Positions 22,572 to 36,500 of a stretch of 64,000 bases of DNA are shown here, piece by piece. The position numbers and the translations under genes were made by a program. The DNA comes from Felis catus (taxonomy: Eukaryota): NCBI RefSeq assembly GCF_018350175.1, contig NC_058369.1, forward strand, positions 154,070,001 to 154,134,000. Reading direction: 5' to 3'. The notes below the pieces were generated by a model that saw only the letters and a list, made by a program, of their open reading frames with translations, ran no database searches and was not told the DNA's origin. Numbering within the stretch: position 1 is the stretch's first letter; each line of letters opens with the position of its first letter.

Positions 22572-25500
22572 CTTCCCAGCGAGCAATGGAGATGAGACAC
22601 TCAGCTGGCTGATGGAATCTACCTGATGGGAAAGTACTCATGTGGTCATAGGGCTGCTGTTCTGTCGATGTTTACATTCTCTCGTCCCAAGCACTGTGGT
22701 GAGGAGGAAAAAAGAAAAGAGAACATTACTTGAGTCAAGCCAGGTGCAGGAGGAAGAAATGCTTTCGTGCAAAGTTAGTGACCTGTGGTCTCCTCTAAAG
22801 AAAGACAAAGTGACCATATTAACTGACTTGAAAGAGACTCAGTTGTCAAACCCACAGAAGTACAAATTTGATTTTTTTCCCCGGGGGAGAAAGAAGGAAT
22901 CTGAGGATTTGGGTAAACTCCATCCATCCTGGGGGTTGGATCTGAACACTTGTAGACATAATCGCATAATAAAAGGCAGTCTATCTGGAATTAGGCCAGT
23001 TTGTCAGGAGTAACAATCATGTTTATCTGAGTGGACTATGCAGCAAATTTGCCACACAACAAAATTAATGACCCTGTGTTTGATCCAGACAGTAGCTGAG
23101 GAAATACTGTACTCTCACAAGTCCTGAACAAACTTGAATCTTCTCCAGTGTGTAGCAACCCCCCATGTAAATCAGTGGACTAAAGATGCTTCAGGAAAGT
23201 TATTTTAGCACAGTGATACATATTATTAAATCATCAAGATTTTTAAAAGTGAAGAAATTGAGCCTGTTGCTCTTAACAGACAAACTTAGATGTCCCCTTT
23301 TTGTAAAAGGGTCAATTTCATCTTCCATTCAGAAGCAGGTACTTAACTCTCCTTCAGGTGATTTGTGCATCTGGTATTGACTGGTTAATTCTTACTTCCA
23401 TTCTTGATGTTAAAATGTGACTCTTCAGAAATGGGGATCTTTGACGTAGGGCTGCGACTTCGGTGCTCCTAGCCCCTGCAGGCCCAACACCCTGAACTGT
23501 AAACTTCCCCAGCCGCACCTCGGTTCACAACTTCTCCTGGTCTTGTAGCTAGTGGTACTTCAGGTGATTCTTAATTGTTGACAGAGACAGGCGTGAGTGT
23601 GTACTACACATGCCTCTTCGTTGGTCATTCAAATGGCATATATATATTTTTGGAATTTTTAAGATAGTATTTTAAAGGGAGGAATTACATTAGGATCATT
23701 ATGTGTATAAGGGATTATTTTTTATAACAATCACAGTGTATTTTTACTCCCTATATCCAGTGTAGTGAAATTGATTTGGAGCATTTGGGATCTTAAAGCT
23801 TTATTAATATTTACTGAGAATATTGATATGTGAGTAAAGCTGCAGATAACGGGATAACAAAACTGCTTAGTTCTTATAGCTTCCTTATGCAAATACATAC
23901 TCAACAAAGGATGTTAAGGGAGAAATTTATGGTTCTTTTTGAATATATTTGATTTGATTTTTTTTTTTTTCCCCTCACCTTTGGTCTTGTCTCCTTTTCT
24001 CCCTATTTAGGCTTCTGAATGTTTTCAAACTATACCCATGATTGGTGTAAGCTTGATCCATTTATAACAATAGACTAACCTAAAAAACAGCATGAAATTG
24101 ATAGTAGCAAGATTTGCATCTTTTTTCATTACAAGTCACCCTATACCCTTACATTTCTTCAAATAAGTGTATTAACCTGGCCCTTTTTTCCTTTTACAAG
24201 CACAAGTCCCAAATAGCCTATAGGACTGTGAATAAATTACCACAGATCTGTTCAGATCTGTATACCTATATTTTGACTTCAAAGTCACATTGGCTTGCTT
24301 CATAGCAACAAGTTAATAAGTAACTGAAAGCTTTAGTTCCAAGAACTTTTTACAGTAAGGGGAAAGGATTATTTCAAAGGAATCACTGATATAATTACTT
24401 GCCCCTAAGAATTTAGTTTACCAGTAAAACATAAGAATGTTGTATCAACCCCAGTTGGAAGGATATTGGGATGTTGCAGCGAGGCTTGACTTGAATCGAA
24501 TATGTTTAATTAAAGGTTGTTTGGTTTTTTAAATTAGGGAAGCTTACCCAATTCTTGAGTTATTCGAGTGTAGTATACCTGTTGCTTTTATCTAATTTGG
24601 AAAAAGAAGTCTTTGCCAATACTCTATGGGAGTTTTCCTTTGGGAAGCAATAGCCTTTGTTTTACTTCCCACACCAGGAGAGAAGTCACAGTGCATACTA
24701 ATCTCTCTTCCTGCTGATAATTGTGTACGTGTTCATCTGTGTGCATATGAAGATTTATTTATATATAAATTCATTACTAATGTAAGTCAGGGAATAATTT
24801 CGGTTTCTTAAATCCATCAGTTCTGAATCATGCTACGTGAAGATCCCTGACAATTCTTGGTTGTCATTAGAGAAGAACAGAATTATCAATTCTTCCCCCA
24901 AGTATTATTTTATAACTAACCATTAAAATTATCTGAAGGCTCTTGGCTCTGAAAAGTCCATATATATGGAGATGATATTCTATTCTCTTCACTCTTGATT
25001 CCTTGAGGACTGCTACCTGGTTCCCCCCCTCAGCCCCCCACCACATTTTCACTAACTTTCGTCCATTTCAATCAAGACGACCCTTTTATGTTGTACAAAT
25101 GAAACAAACATCTTTATATTTCTTAATAGATAAGTATGACCAGAGAGCTCCTAGATGTAAATACAGAACTGTTTCTTTTCTAGACCATAACATTGAAAAT
25201 GGTGTCCATACTTTATGGGTGCCTGTCTTTACAGTTTTTCTTACTAAATACAACCATATAAATTGGTTATTTTTTAGCACAGAGACTTGTGACTCATACT
25301 GTATTTTTGCACTTAAAAGTCAAATCGTGTTATTTTTTAAAACGGTGAGTAATTGGAAAGGATATAGAGCAATGTGTATTTCTGAAGAGCATTAGCAACA
25401 TCCCAATGCAAAAATAATCAGCACACTTAATTATGTCCCACTCAGCGGGATTCTTGATTCAGGAAAATTAAGCTGTTTTGTTTTCAACTGTCGTGTATTT

Positions 25501-28500
25501 TAAATTGCCTTCACTGATGTATAAGCTGTTACTGTACATACAAGTTAATCCTCAGTATTCACAAGCAATAACGGTCAGCAGAGTTGTCTTCAGAGATAGC
25601 AGTGCTGAGCCTCAGTTGGAGACTGTTTGGGAGCAAAGTGTCAAGCTCATTCAGAGCCTCCAAAGTCAATGCAAGCAATAATTCCACTATAACTCAATTC
25701 TAATTCTTTCTCACATGCTTCTCAAATCCAAGTGTAAAAGAAATGATGGTTTTAAAACAGCCTGAAGAAAAACGTTTTGGAAAAAGAAGTGAAGTTAATC
25801 TGAAGTCACAAAATCCCGATATTCTGAGGAAATCAGAGGATTGTGTTAGTACATTCTGTCATGCCTGCCACCCCTTTGATGGATGTTGTTAGCCCAAATT
25901 ACATTTTTTTATATCCTAGAAGTTGAATAGGGTGTATTGCATCACCGAGGTAGGAGGAAGAACCGGGCACATACATGTTTGGATACTGTGGGTTTGACAC
26001 CTGTTTGAAAACAACTTATTGGGAAATATTTTTAACCCAGGATCCCCACCCACCCACCCCACCTCACCCCACCCCCTCCAAAGCAGATCTAAATTGTTTA
26101 CTACCCAGGGTTGGAAAGGGCAGACACGTCAAGTCTGTTCCAGTTGCCCTTACCACTCCCCTTTCCACCTCTACTTGGTTCAAGACGTTTTCTGAAATGG
26201 AAATTCTGCTGTTAATCAAACTGCCATTGATTGTGAGAACTCTATGTCCCTTGGGATCATCTCTTAGAACTCCAGTTATCTATCATATTTGCTGCTACAT
26301 TTGTAACATGAACTTTGCCTGTATTGGTCGATTTTAATCTAATTTACAGTTCTTCATTTCTAGGAGGTTTTGTCATATAACTTGACCCATGTATAGAGTT
26401 AGGATACTTTATTTTAGGAGTGTACCGTAAAAGCACACTGGTTGGTCCCTGTATTCTTTTTATTATCACTTAGGTTTTGAATTTATGTTTGCCTTTTTGG
26501 TTCGTTGATGTTTTGTTTTGCTTTGTTTTAAATTAGAAATAGAAGAGTGAGAAAAATCTATAATCAGGCCAAACTTGAGAACTTTCCCTTGTGCTTCAGC
26601 ACTATAGTTTCTGCTGACCATATGTTCTCAAAAGGGGCACTTTTACTTTCTCCTGTGCATGTATGATTGTTTTGTTATGTTTTTTGCTTTTGTAATAAGC
26701 AGAAGAAAAATGCAGTAGTAGGTAAATGATTACAAACATGTTCTGCAATTTTATTTTATAAAATTTAAGGGGAAAAGTTTAACTCTGTAAATCATTTCTT
26801 AGCTCTGGTAAAATGCTTATTCCTCTAAAACACGCTCAATTCAGGCCTTTGTCTTCGTTAAGTGCCTTTTTTTTCTTTCTTTTTCCCCCCTCTTGAAAGT
26901 GTTCTCAGATACCCTAAAGTACAGGCTAATAAGTCAGGGGATTCAGGAGGAAGAATCTCATACTTGCCAACATCATGTCATGCTGTAATATTATTCTTCC
27001 TTTTTTTGTTTTATAAGTATAANNNNNNNNNNNNNNNNNNNNNNNNNNNNNNNNNNNNNNNNNNNNNNNNNNNNNNNNNNNNNNNNNNNNNNNNNNNNNN
27101 NNNNNNNNNNNNNNNNNNNNNNNNNNNNNNNNNNNNNNNNNNNNNNNNNNNNNNNNNNNNNNNNNNNNNNNNNNNNNNNNNNNNNNNATCGCATCCTTTC
27201 CAAACACACTCCTTTCAGTGTTTGCAAAACTTCTGGCTTGTTTATTCCATTGTTTTAGTCAATTCAAATGGGTAGATTGGGAAACTGTCTTTATACAAGA
27301 TGCTATCTTCCCCCTTTGAGTATCTGTTTGTAGAAGTTAACAAAAATACCTAAATATAATCAGTCATTTATTTCAAGTAAAATAAATTTAGTGGACTCAT
27401 TGACCATCCTGGATGTAACCCACTGCTCTGTGCCCTTCAAACTTGGCATGAGTACTATTGGAGAAAGCATTGGAATAACAGTCTTTTGTGGGTCAAGTTG
27501 ATAAGGAGCACTTATCAAGTTATGGCAGGCAAGACTAAAGACATGGGCAGCTAGAGTCAGAAGCTTGGTGTTGTATCTGAATAAGTTTTGAACAAAGATG
27601 GCAGCTTTGTCAACATTAAACGTGCATCAGATTTTTCTCTGGGAAATTATTTTTGAAGAATTCATATAGCTGTATATCTGTGAAAAGGTTAATAGACTCA
27701 GAAAGACTTCAGATACTCATGTAAACACTCATATAACCTATAGCATTCTTGAGAGATCTTCAGTTTTCTTTTTATTTGCCAGATAATTACATTTGGCTTA
27801 CTCTGATTTTATGGTTATTTAGATTTCTCCCTTGAACAAACTGGCCTAATTTTCAGTATCTAAGATTCATCCGTTTCTTGTTAAAAACAGGTATGATACA
27901 TTAAGGGAGACTAAGTTGAACCAATCCTCAAAGCCCAGTACAAATATATCTAATAAGTGCCCCCTTTTAAAGACATTTTAATTGAGAAGAGGAGACGGGT
28001 GGCGAACAAGAAAGCAGCGGCTCCTGGTAGCGCTACCTGAGAGCACAGCGCTTATCTGGCAGCCTCAGTTCAGGCGAGTCATTCTTGAATTACTATATTT
28101 AACAGGGGGAATATCATTTAACCTTCGTGCCTCAGACTACCCATTCGAAAATTGGGTATAATAATATTCACCTACCTCCCAGGGATATCAGAGACTTTAC
28201 TATTTCAAAAATACTTTGAGTTTTTCTAAAATGTCCTATAGATTTAAAAAGTATCACCATCTTCCCGCAGAGGCTAAAAAATGTGTCCCCATGATGGGTA
28301 TAAAAAGCACCATATGATTTTTAAGTTTAAAGAAGAATCACTGGAATTCTAATTTAGATGCGTATTATTTAAACATTTGTGGTGGGATGAAAATGGTTAG
28401 TTTCAGGTTAATAAGTGGGGAGGGGGAATAACACTAAGTTGCTTAATTGTAAGTAGATTTTCTTTTTTAGCCTTTTATGGTGTTAATACACGTGTGATTT

Positions 28501-31500
28501 TTGCCAAGGCCGTGGAGCTGCAGCTAGGTAAAGGTTGGGTGATTGGCTACTGAAGTTGATAAATGATCCTGAAAGTTTTTTCCGTCTCACTTTTCCATCT
28601 TCTCAGTCTGCTTTCCTTAGAGCACTTGTTTGGTGATGGAAAGCTAAGCCTTTAGCTTCTAAGCAGGAATGGACAACTCCTCATTCTTGTAAATCAGAGA
28701 TTGTGTATTGTTCATGTCACTACTGGCTTCTCTGGCTTTGCCCTGAAGGAGCAGGCGCTACACGCAGTCAGCTGGGTGTACCGTTAGCCCGGCGACCTCT
28801 GTGTAATTCAGACTCCTTCCACCCACGACGGAGGCGGAGTCATCTGCCACTCAGGTTACAGAAGAATGGGGAGAGGGGAGGCAGGATTCGCTTCTTAGCT
28901 GGGACACGGGTGGGAAGGGTGGGGGTAGAAGGAAACCGGTTTTTGCTCATCTCTAAGGAAGAAACGAAGATCATTTTATTCCACTTTCCATCCTGGCATA
29001 TTAAGTAGTGATGCTTACAATTTTCCTTTATCGTTTCAAACAACAGCAACAACGGGGAAAAATGGATGCTGCATTTTTAGTTAGGGCTAAATGCTAAGCA
29101 ACAATTATTAGAGAGTGTGTGCAGAATTAAATTACAGCACAGATTCAGGGTCAGGAAGGAGAATGTAGACTGTAAGGAAGAAATTATCCAGCTCAAGTGA
29201 GTCAAGAGAAAGCACCATGCCCAAGCAAACCAAGCATCTGGGTTAATTCCCACAACTGGCCAAGGCCCATTTAATATCTAGTGATAGGATGTTTTTCCTT
29301 AAAAATCACTTTTTGGTTGTTTACTGCTTTTTCCAGATAAGGCCTTAGTTAGTGACCTCTAAATATCAGCTATGCAGATAAACGTACTCTTTATTTTCCA
29401 CATTTCCCTCTTTTTCCATGCTTCAGATAATAGATGTTAAATGACTTCTACCCAAAGAAATAAGGCATAAGGGTTTTGTTGAATGTGTGTTTGTTCCTCT
29501 AGGGAAAACTAACAGAAGCATAACACAGAGATATTTTGTGTGTTCCTCTATCCTAAAATGTGAACTTTATATTCAAAAACTTAAGTACAGATCCTTTTAC
29601 TGGTGCAAAACTGTAGTTAGAATCATGGAGTGTCTTTGGGTTGTTAAGATAAAATAGTCCCAGTGTTCAGTTCTGAGAACGTTTTAGATTCTGTGGCACA
29701 GTGTTCAGGTTTATAGAGCTGAACAGTTGGTCAGACTCTAATTAAAAATAGCTTTGAATATTTAATGTTGAATTCCTTCTTTCCTCATTCTTCTTACCTC
29801 TAGTTTGAGCTCTTAAGTTAACCATTTCATCAGCTAGTTGCTACACTAGAATATCACTTGCATGTTGTCAAGAGTCTGGAGCAGAAAGGTTAGACTTTCA
29901 CCTCCTTTTCTCACTCACCTGGCCCATCTTTCCCGTGTCTCCACTGAATTCAGAAGGGAAGACTACAGTACAGGCATCGTCCAGGAGACTGTTTATATCC
30001 TAGCACAGACTCAGACAGGAACTCAGAGGAGTTTAATCAGACTGTCTTTGAACAACTTGACAGTAAATGACATTTTTCTCAGATACTCCCAAAGTACTGT
30101 TTGCTTGAAAGTAGCTATTTGTGACCTTTATTTAATTTCCTCATACTGTAATTCTTGGACTTCTCAGTCTTTCTTACCTATTTCTATTTAGAATAGGTTA
30201 GCAGTTTTCTGAACTGTTTCCCAAACAGGTCAAGAATACTTCCAGAAATCTCGGTAGTATAATTAAGGGGGTCTGTATTTCCAGGATTCGGAATCATCAC
30301 TGGTGACTGGAATTTTTTTTTTCTCTTCTCCCTTGTATTAAAAACTAGATTACTCTCCTACTACACAGTGTGGTAGCTGTAATTCATGGCCTCCTCTTGA
30401 TACTTTTCAAGGTTATTCAAAAAAGATGCAGACTTTTATTAAGGGCTCTTATTTCTCCTAATACTCTTCCTTGCTTATTTTCATACTGCCCCTGGAATAA
30501 ACCTACTTTTGCAAAGGTCTGAGTCACACAGGCCATATAAATTCTTGCCAGTTTTAATGTTCCTCAGAAGACTCTGCCCATTATTTTCTCCCATTTTGCT
30601 AATAATAATATAATTCTATTTTACCTTAAATCTAGTTTTAAAATATTTTGTAATAGAGCACTAATGGAAACCTAATTGAAATACAAAAAAGATAACTATT
30701 CCTCAAGATAACTTGGAAATACTTCTGTTTTTGAAGTTAACAGCTCCACCTACCCCCAAGCACATTTCAGAGTCAGCAGTAACGAAGACCAGCCACTTGG
30801 CATGTTTTTCTGTGTGACAACCTGCCTTTAATTTGTCAGGTCTTACCTACCTTGTATTTTCTGTCCTCGCAACCATAAACTTTCCTCATTTTTGGCTGTC
30901 GTGTGCTGTTTGCAGGGTTGACGTGCCCTGTGGCAGCACATAGGATTTTTCTTTCCCATACCTGCAAATTTACCAAGGATGACCCCGGTTTGGGCAAGGG
31001 GCATTAAAAGACAAAGAAGTTACTCTCAGCTGATAAAAGTATTGCTGTTTTTATATAGTGAGTTTAGAAAATTGGCCAAAGATGGCCAACTTTTTAAATC
31101 CTGGCTATGCCTACATAATTAATTACATATCCCGTCTGAGACCTTCTGATAAGTAAGGGGCCCTTCCACCAGTAGAGGCAGGTTTGCAAGCTACAGATAA
31201 TTTCCTCTGACCTATGGCCAGCCATAGAAAAGATTCAAGCTTTGTACCGTCCTTTTGTTGGCTGTCAGTTGAAAAATTATAGAAAGTATCAAAATATCAA
31301 ACTGTTCTTAAGAAGAGTATGTAATCTGGGGCTTGCCTTTGTGTTTTGCTCACTAAACGTTGTCAAGCTTAAAAGAAAAGGAAATGAAATCTCTGGCTGG
31401 TGAAAATTTTGTGCCCCCAACAATATGTTAATCAAAGTCTACCAAGGTAGCTAAGTGATGGGTGTTTTCTCTCTTTCATTACAAGCAAGAAAGTTTATTC

Positions 31501-32860
31501 GCAGTTGTAAAATTATAGCGGAACTGCAGACCTATTTGCTATAACTGATTGGAAATAAAGATTCTGATTTTTAGTCTGGGTAAGCACATATTTCCAACAC
31601 TTGTGGTATGCATTTTGATAAGGGAGAGACTTTTGTTTGGTAACAGAAGGAAAAAACAGGACTTATTGATACAGTGAACGTTCACTCTGTAGAGGAACTT
31701 CCCTCCAGGTACACATCTTCCTCTTACCTTAGCCGCCTCCGCACTTGGTAGAGATGCCAACATGTTTCACAACCGATCTTGAAGGAAGGAGCCTAAAGAA
31801 TTGCTGCTCCTCTGGGTGAAAGGCACTGATTACTGTATTGCGTTTGTTTGTAGGGAGGTGCGTTTTTGCTCACTTGAAGGGATATACTGTATTTTAAATA
31901 AGTGTGTGACTTAATATTTGGGGATTTTTTTTTCCTCCTTTAAAACTGGACCTGAACACAGCTNNNNNNNNNNNNNNNNNNNNNNNNNNNNNNNNNNNNN
32001 NNNNNNNNNNNNNNNNNNNNNNNNNNNNNNNNNNNNNNNNNNNNNNNNNNNNNNNNNNNNNNNNNNNNNNNNNNNNNNNNNNNNNNNNNNNNNNNAAAAA
32101 ATAATAAATTTAAATAAAAGGGGGTGGTGATGACATGTGAATGGGTGTGGGTATGTATGTGTGTGTGTTTGTATAAGGCTCTTTTGAGACGAACTGGTGC
32201 TTGTTTAATTTCCGGCTCTGAGGAGAGCAGGAATATGGCCAAACTGCTGCTACCGACCCTGCACTGAGCCCAGGTGTTTCCATTTTGTCTTTCCCAGTGC
32301 TTGATTGGACGCGGGCCACCAGGAAATGACTCAGAAGCTAAACTCTTCTTCCCACTGCCACCTTGCCTTTGCATTCTCGGTTCTGCACACCCTTTGAACT
32401 TCCGTGGCAAAGCTTTCCAAACTCTGGGTGGCTTGTCGGTCTGTAGTTTTCAGAGAGCTCTTGTCACTATTTTCTAAGAAGAAAGAAGGACAGGTAAATT
32501 TCGTAACCAAAAAATAATCACACATTTCATAAAACCCTGATGAATTCTGGACATGTGAGAGGGCTTAAACATTCCTAAATGTGGATCTGTGAATTGAGAA
32601 AATCAGCCCCGTGGATATACGCCTTCAGTGCAGGGAAAAAAATTTTTCTTTTTTTTCTTTTTTTTTTTTTTTTTTTTGTTGCAACAGCCTTGCTCATATT
32701 CCAGGTATAGTTAGCAAATCCCTGTTTTAAAGCAGGAGCCTTATTTGATTCCGTGTAGATGTTTCCTGTCTATCCTTTGTGACAGGACCTTTTACATGAG
32801 TGTTTTTTCTTTTTGTATGTGTTATGTGTTGTATTAAATAAAGAGGAATGTACATATTAC
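22572..32860 (+). other. UBN2: UBN2 long 3'UTR (about 10.3 kb)
   Basis: Runs from the stop codon to a strong poly(A) cassette; U-rich and nearly free of repeats; repeat density rises abruptly after 32900. Confidence 0.75.
28050..28190 (+). mobile_element. MIR fragment inside the UBN2 3'UTR
   Basis: tcatttaaccttcgtgcctcag...aaaattgggtataataata...cctacctc. Confidence 0.65.
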
Positions 32861-32880
32861 TCTTGTGTCTGTTGTATTAT
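32833..32880 (+). terminator. UBN2: UBN2 distal polyadenylation signal
   Basis: Overlapping ATTAAA (32833) and AATAAA (32837-32842), upstream TGTA and U-rich elements, downstream GU-rich tcttgtgtctgttgt. Confidence 0.75.
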
Positions 32881-32914
32881 TGGGCTAACTTGGATTTTAA
32901 TACCTCATTCTTTT

Positions 32915-33300
32915 AGTAGTGGTTGAGCATCTGTTGTCTGTATTGTACTGTGCTGAGCGCTATCGGATACAGAAGTAAAGGGCAGGGGCCCCACCTTCAG
33001 GGTATTGACAAACACTTTGCAATCTCATGACAAGTTAAAAGGTAACGATTCGAAATTTGTCACAACGGTGTGGTCCATTGCTGCCTGACATGTGAGTTCA
33101 GAACAGGGAAGAAATTGGACTGGAGTGATCTGGGAAGATTTTGTCAATTGGATGGCACTGAGCTGGGTCTCAGGATACTGGGATTTGGCTAGGAAGAAGG
33201 AAAGAGGAATGTCCTGAGCAGAGTCAGGAAATAGACGAGGCTGGTGTGAGGTGTATACTGGGATTGGTAGAAGCCAGACTGTGGAAGTCCTGGAATGTAG
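32915..33300 (-). mobile_element. L2 3' fragment just downstream of the UBN2 poly(A) site
   Basis: ttgagcatctgttgt...actgtgctgagcgct...gatacaga...gccccaccttcagg. Confidence 0.65.
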
Positions 33301-33327
33301 GCTTGCTAGGTTCTTCCTCTGGGTTAT

Positions 33328-33330
<3 letters not shown>

Positions 33331-33377
<47 letters not shown>

Positions 33378-33380
33378 TGT
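33331..33380. repeat. (GT)n microsatellite
   Basis: About 22 perfect GT units. Confidence 0.95.
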
Positions 33381-33459
33381 GACAGAAAGCAAGGAATACT
33401 ACTACTAGGATCAAAGTTTGAAATGTAGATATGGGAATTCGGCAGAACTGATCATCTTT

Positions 33460-33566
33460 GGGGTGTCTGGCTGGCTTAGTTGGTGGTAGAATGTGCAACT
33501 TGATCTCAGGGTCATGGGTTCAAGGCTCATGTTGGGGATAGAGATTACTTAAAAAAAAAAAAAAAA
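33460..33566 (+). mobile_element. Short CAN-SINE
   Basis: ggggtgtctggctggct...agagattactt followed by poly(A). Confidence 0.85.
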
Positions 33567-36500
33567 GACCCCCAAACAAGAAGTGATCACCTTTTCAATC
33601 CTTACTTGTAGAAGACCTCTGGAGAAAATATTATTAAGATAAAGAGTAGAAAAAGAATTCAATCTTAGAACTCTGGTGAAAGAGTGGGAAAAGATGACAC
33701 AGAAAGCAACATGTGAGAGAAATTCAACAGTTTGTCATTTATAAGCGAATATGTATATATGCATAGAAAATACAGAAAAGACATATACCCCAAAGTATAG
33801 AGTGATTATATGAGTGTTTTTTTTCCTTTTACTTCTGCATATTTTTGGTGCATTATCATTAAGAGGAAGAATTTTTAAAAGGGATGGTCCTCATGCATGG
33901 GGGAGAGAGTAGGCTGCAAATGCCCTCACTAAAAAACAATATTTAAAGACAGATACGCCAAAGCAGATTCTTGGTAGTAATAGCCCCTAAAGATATCTAT
34001 CGTTATTCAACTACATTCACCTATGTTGTCACCATCTTGTATATTAACATATTTAAAGGTGTTATTGTAAGCAAGATATTTTTAAATCTGTAATTTCCCC
34101 AAGTTTCTTTGACCATGGAATTTTTCCCATGTAACTGCAATTAACATTAGGCATGTAAAGCACTTATTAGCACGGTGACGCGTAGCAAGTACTAGGTAAA
34201 TGTTAGCTTTTATCATCATTCAACCTAGTTCTGTTTTATTACTATTTCTGTAGTTTGGGAAAGTTTCTAAGAAGATACTTGGCCCAAGGAGTTAAGGATT
34301 TCAGAATAACCTTTAGAGAGCCAACAAGTAATCCAGAAATGCTCCCAGCCTTCCAGAGTTGAACGAGGGCCAAGTGTCCAGAAGGGGTGTTTCAAAGGAG
34401 TATAGTGGAATATGTGCAGCAGGAAGCACTTCTGACACTGTCCATGTAGGCAAGAAATTGTCTCAGGCCTGAGCTTTGCCACAGGAGAGTGGTTGGTTAG
34501 GAAACGGGTGCATGGAACAGTTCCTAGGGATGGAGTTCAAAGGCAAAGTGAACCAATTGGTGCTGGAGTTAGTTACTTTGCTTTTCTAAGTTTATTCAAA
34601 GGGAGAAATGGATGGTACAAGGATTTCTGTACAGTAATGTAAACGATTGAAACAGCCTAATGCCATGTTAGGATTTGGTTAAATAAACAAAAATAATACT
34701 AAGTAAAAAAAAAAATTTTAATAAGAAATGACCAAGATATCCAGGCATTAAGAAAGAGCAGACATAAATATAAATGCACACTGGCGCAGAAAAATAGAAA
34801 AACCAACACTCCCAAGTCCAGAGGTGTGGTGTGAGTGCTTGTTCTGTATCCTTTTACTTAAATGTATTTTCAACAAACGTGGATGATGTGAGAAAGGGCT
34901 TTTGTTGGTTTGTTTTTAAGAAACAAACAGGTGGGCTTGGTTGAAGAAAGAAAGAAATGGGAAAGAGGCTCTTCCCTGTCTCATCACTGGGAAAAGGGAA
35001 AAGACCTTATTTCTTCTACTCAGATCCTGCTAGAGCCCCAAATTGGCTCTGTTTTGGAGGGAAGGCACAATGAACTGCTTGATTTAAAATAAAAATTTTC
35101 TTTGGAAAAGATTATCCTTGTACTTGGTTAAAAAAAAAAAAAAAAAGTACCAAGTACATGGGAATACAGAGTGCAAAGTGTGTCTTTCCTGGCTATAGTC
35201 CCTGTTTTCTTTCCTCAGAGCAACCACTGCTACGAATTTCTCCAGCTATAAGTATAAATATGTACCTGACTCTTTTAACATAAATTCAGCATACGCACTT
35301 TGCTGCACAGTACCTAGCATTTTTTCCAGTTGTCTCAGAGATCATTCCACATCAGTAGATAGGGGTCTGTTCTGTTCTTTTTGACAGCTCACAGTCTTCC
35401 ATACTTACGGTATCATCACGGTTTATTGTATTTATTTTTATTGATGAGCACTTAGATTACTATCACAAGGCAAACTGTAACATCCTGTGTATGTACATCA
35501 CACGGAAGTTCGTTTTGGCGTGGGCAGTAATGACCTAACATCCTAGATTTGAAAGTCAGGGTCTGGAATCTCTGACGTTGCTTCTCATCCAAGTAAAGCT
35601 TTGAGAAATGCCTGGGAAAATCAATCTCTTGTTTAAAGGAATTTGGAAAATTGGAAATAAAAGCAGAAGAGGTGACTCTGGGTACACCAAGGGTGGAGTC
35701 ACACGCGAGGGAGATCATGAGTTTCTTCAAAGGACAGCCCCCTCTGATGTGTCATGCGTGTCCTTGCCTCAGAAACGATGGCCCTTCCTCGTCAGTGTGT
35801 GCCTTGACATGGCTTGTTTTTCTCTGTCTGTATATTTACCTCTTCTGTGCCCTGTGTCTGTCCCTTTACCATTTCCCCACTATCTTTTTTCTAGTAGGTG
35901 GCATAGCATGAAGGAAAACAGGCTGACATTAGATGGGTTCACGAGTCCCCGCTCTGAAGCTGTGACACTAATTTAGACAAGATGCTTACCTTTTAGCCTG
36001 TTAACTTATTTCTACAGTGATGATAGCAACGATGGGGTGTGTGGTTGAATTAAGAGACTGGCTATGGAAAGCACCTAGCATAGTGCCTAGCACATAAGAG
36101 CTAATTATGGTGGCTACATTATTCTCTCTCTCTCTTCTGCCTTTTTTCTTCTTAAATTCATACTTCCTCTTGCTCTCCTAACTTCCCAAACTATAGAGGT
36201 GAAGCCATAGTGTTTTTTTTTTTTTTAATCTTTCTTAAAAAAAGAAAAAAAAGCTTACAGTACAGGAGTGGATAAATATCAGAATTCTTTGATTGCAGAT
36301 GTCAAACCCCTGGCTTAAAAAGTAACCAGAAACTTGTCTAAAAAGTAAAGTCTGTTAAACACAACAGTAGAGAGAATCTTTTGGTTCGTAGAACTGAGTT
36401 GTGTAGAGGTGAGCCTGGAGTAGGGGAAGCTTTATCCAGTGATTCGGCGTCCTCACCGTCTAGCCGTGTCTCTGCCCTGGCATTCGAAGTGCCAAGATTT

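Noticed and set aside
22642-23013. 123-aa ORF after the UBN2 stop
   Set aside because: GTG start in the 3'UTR, no recognisable homology, and not continuous with the UBN2 frame.
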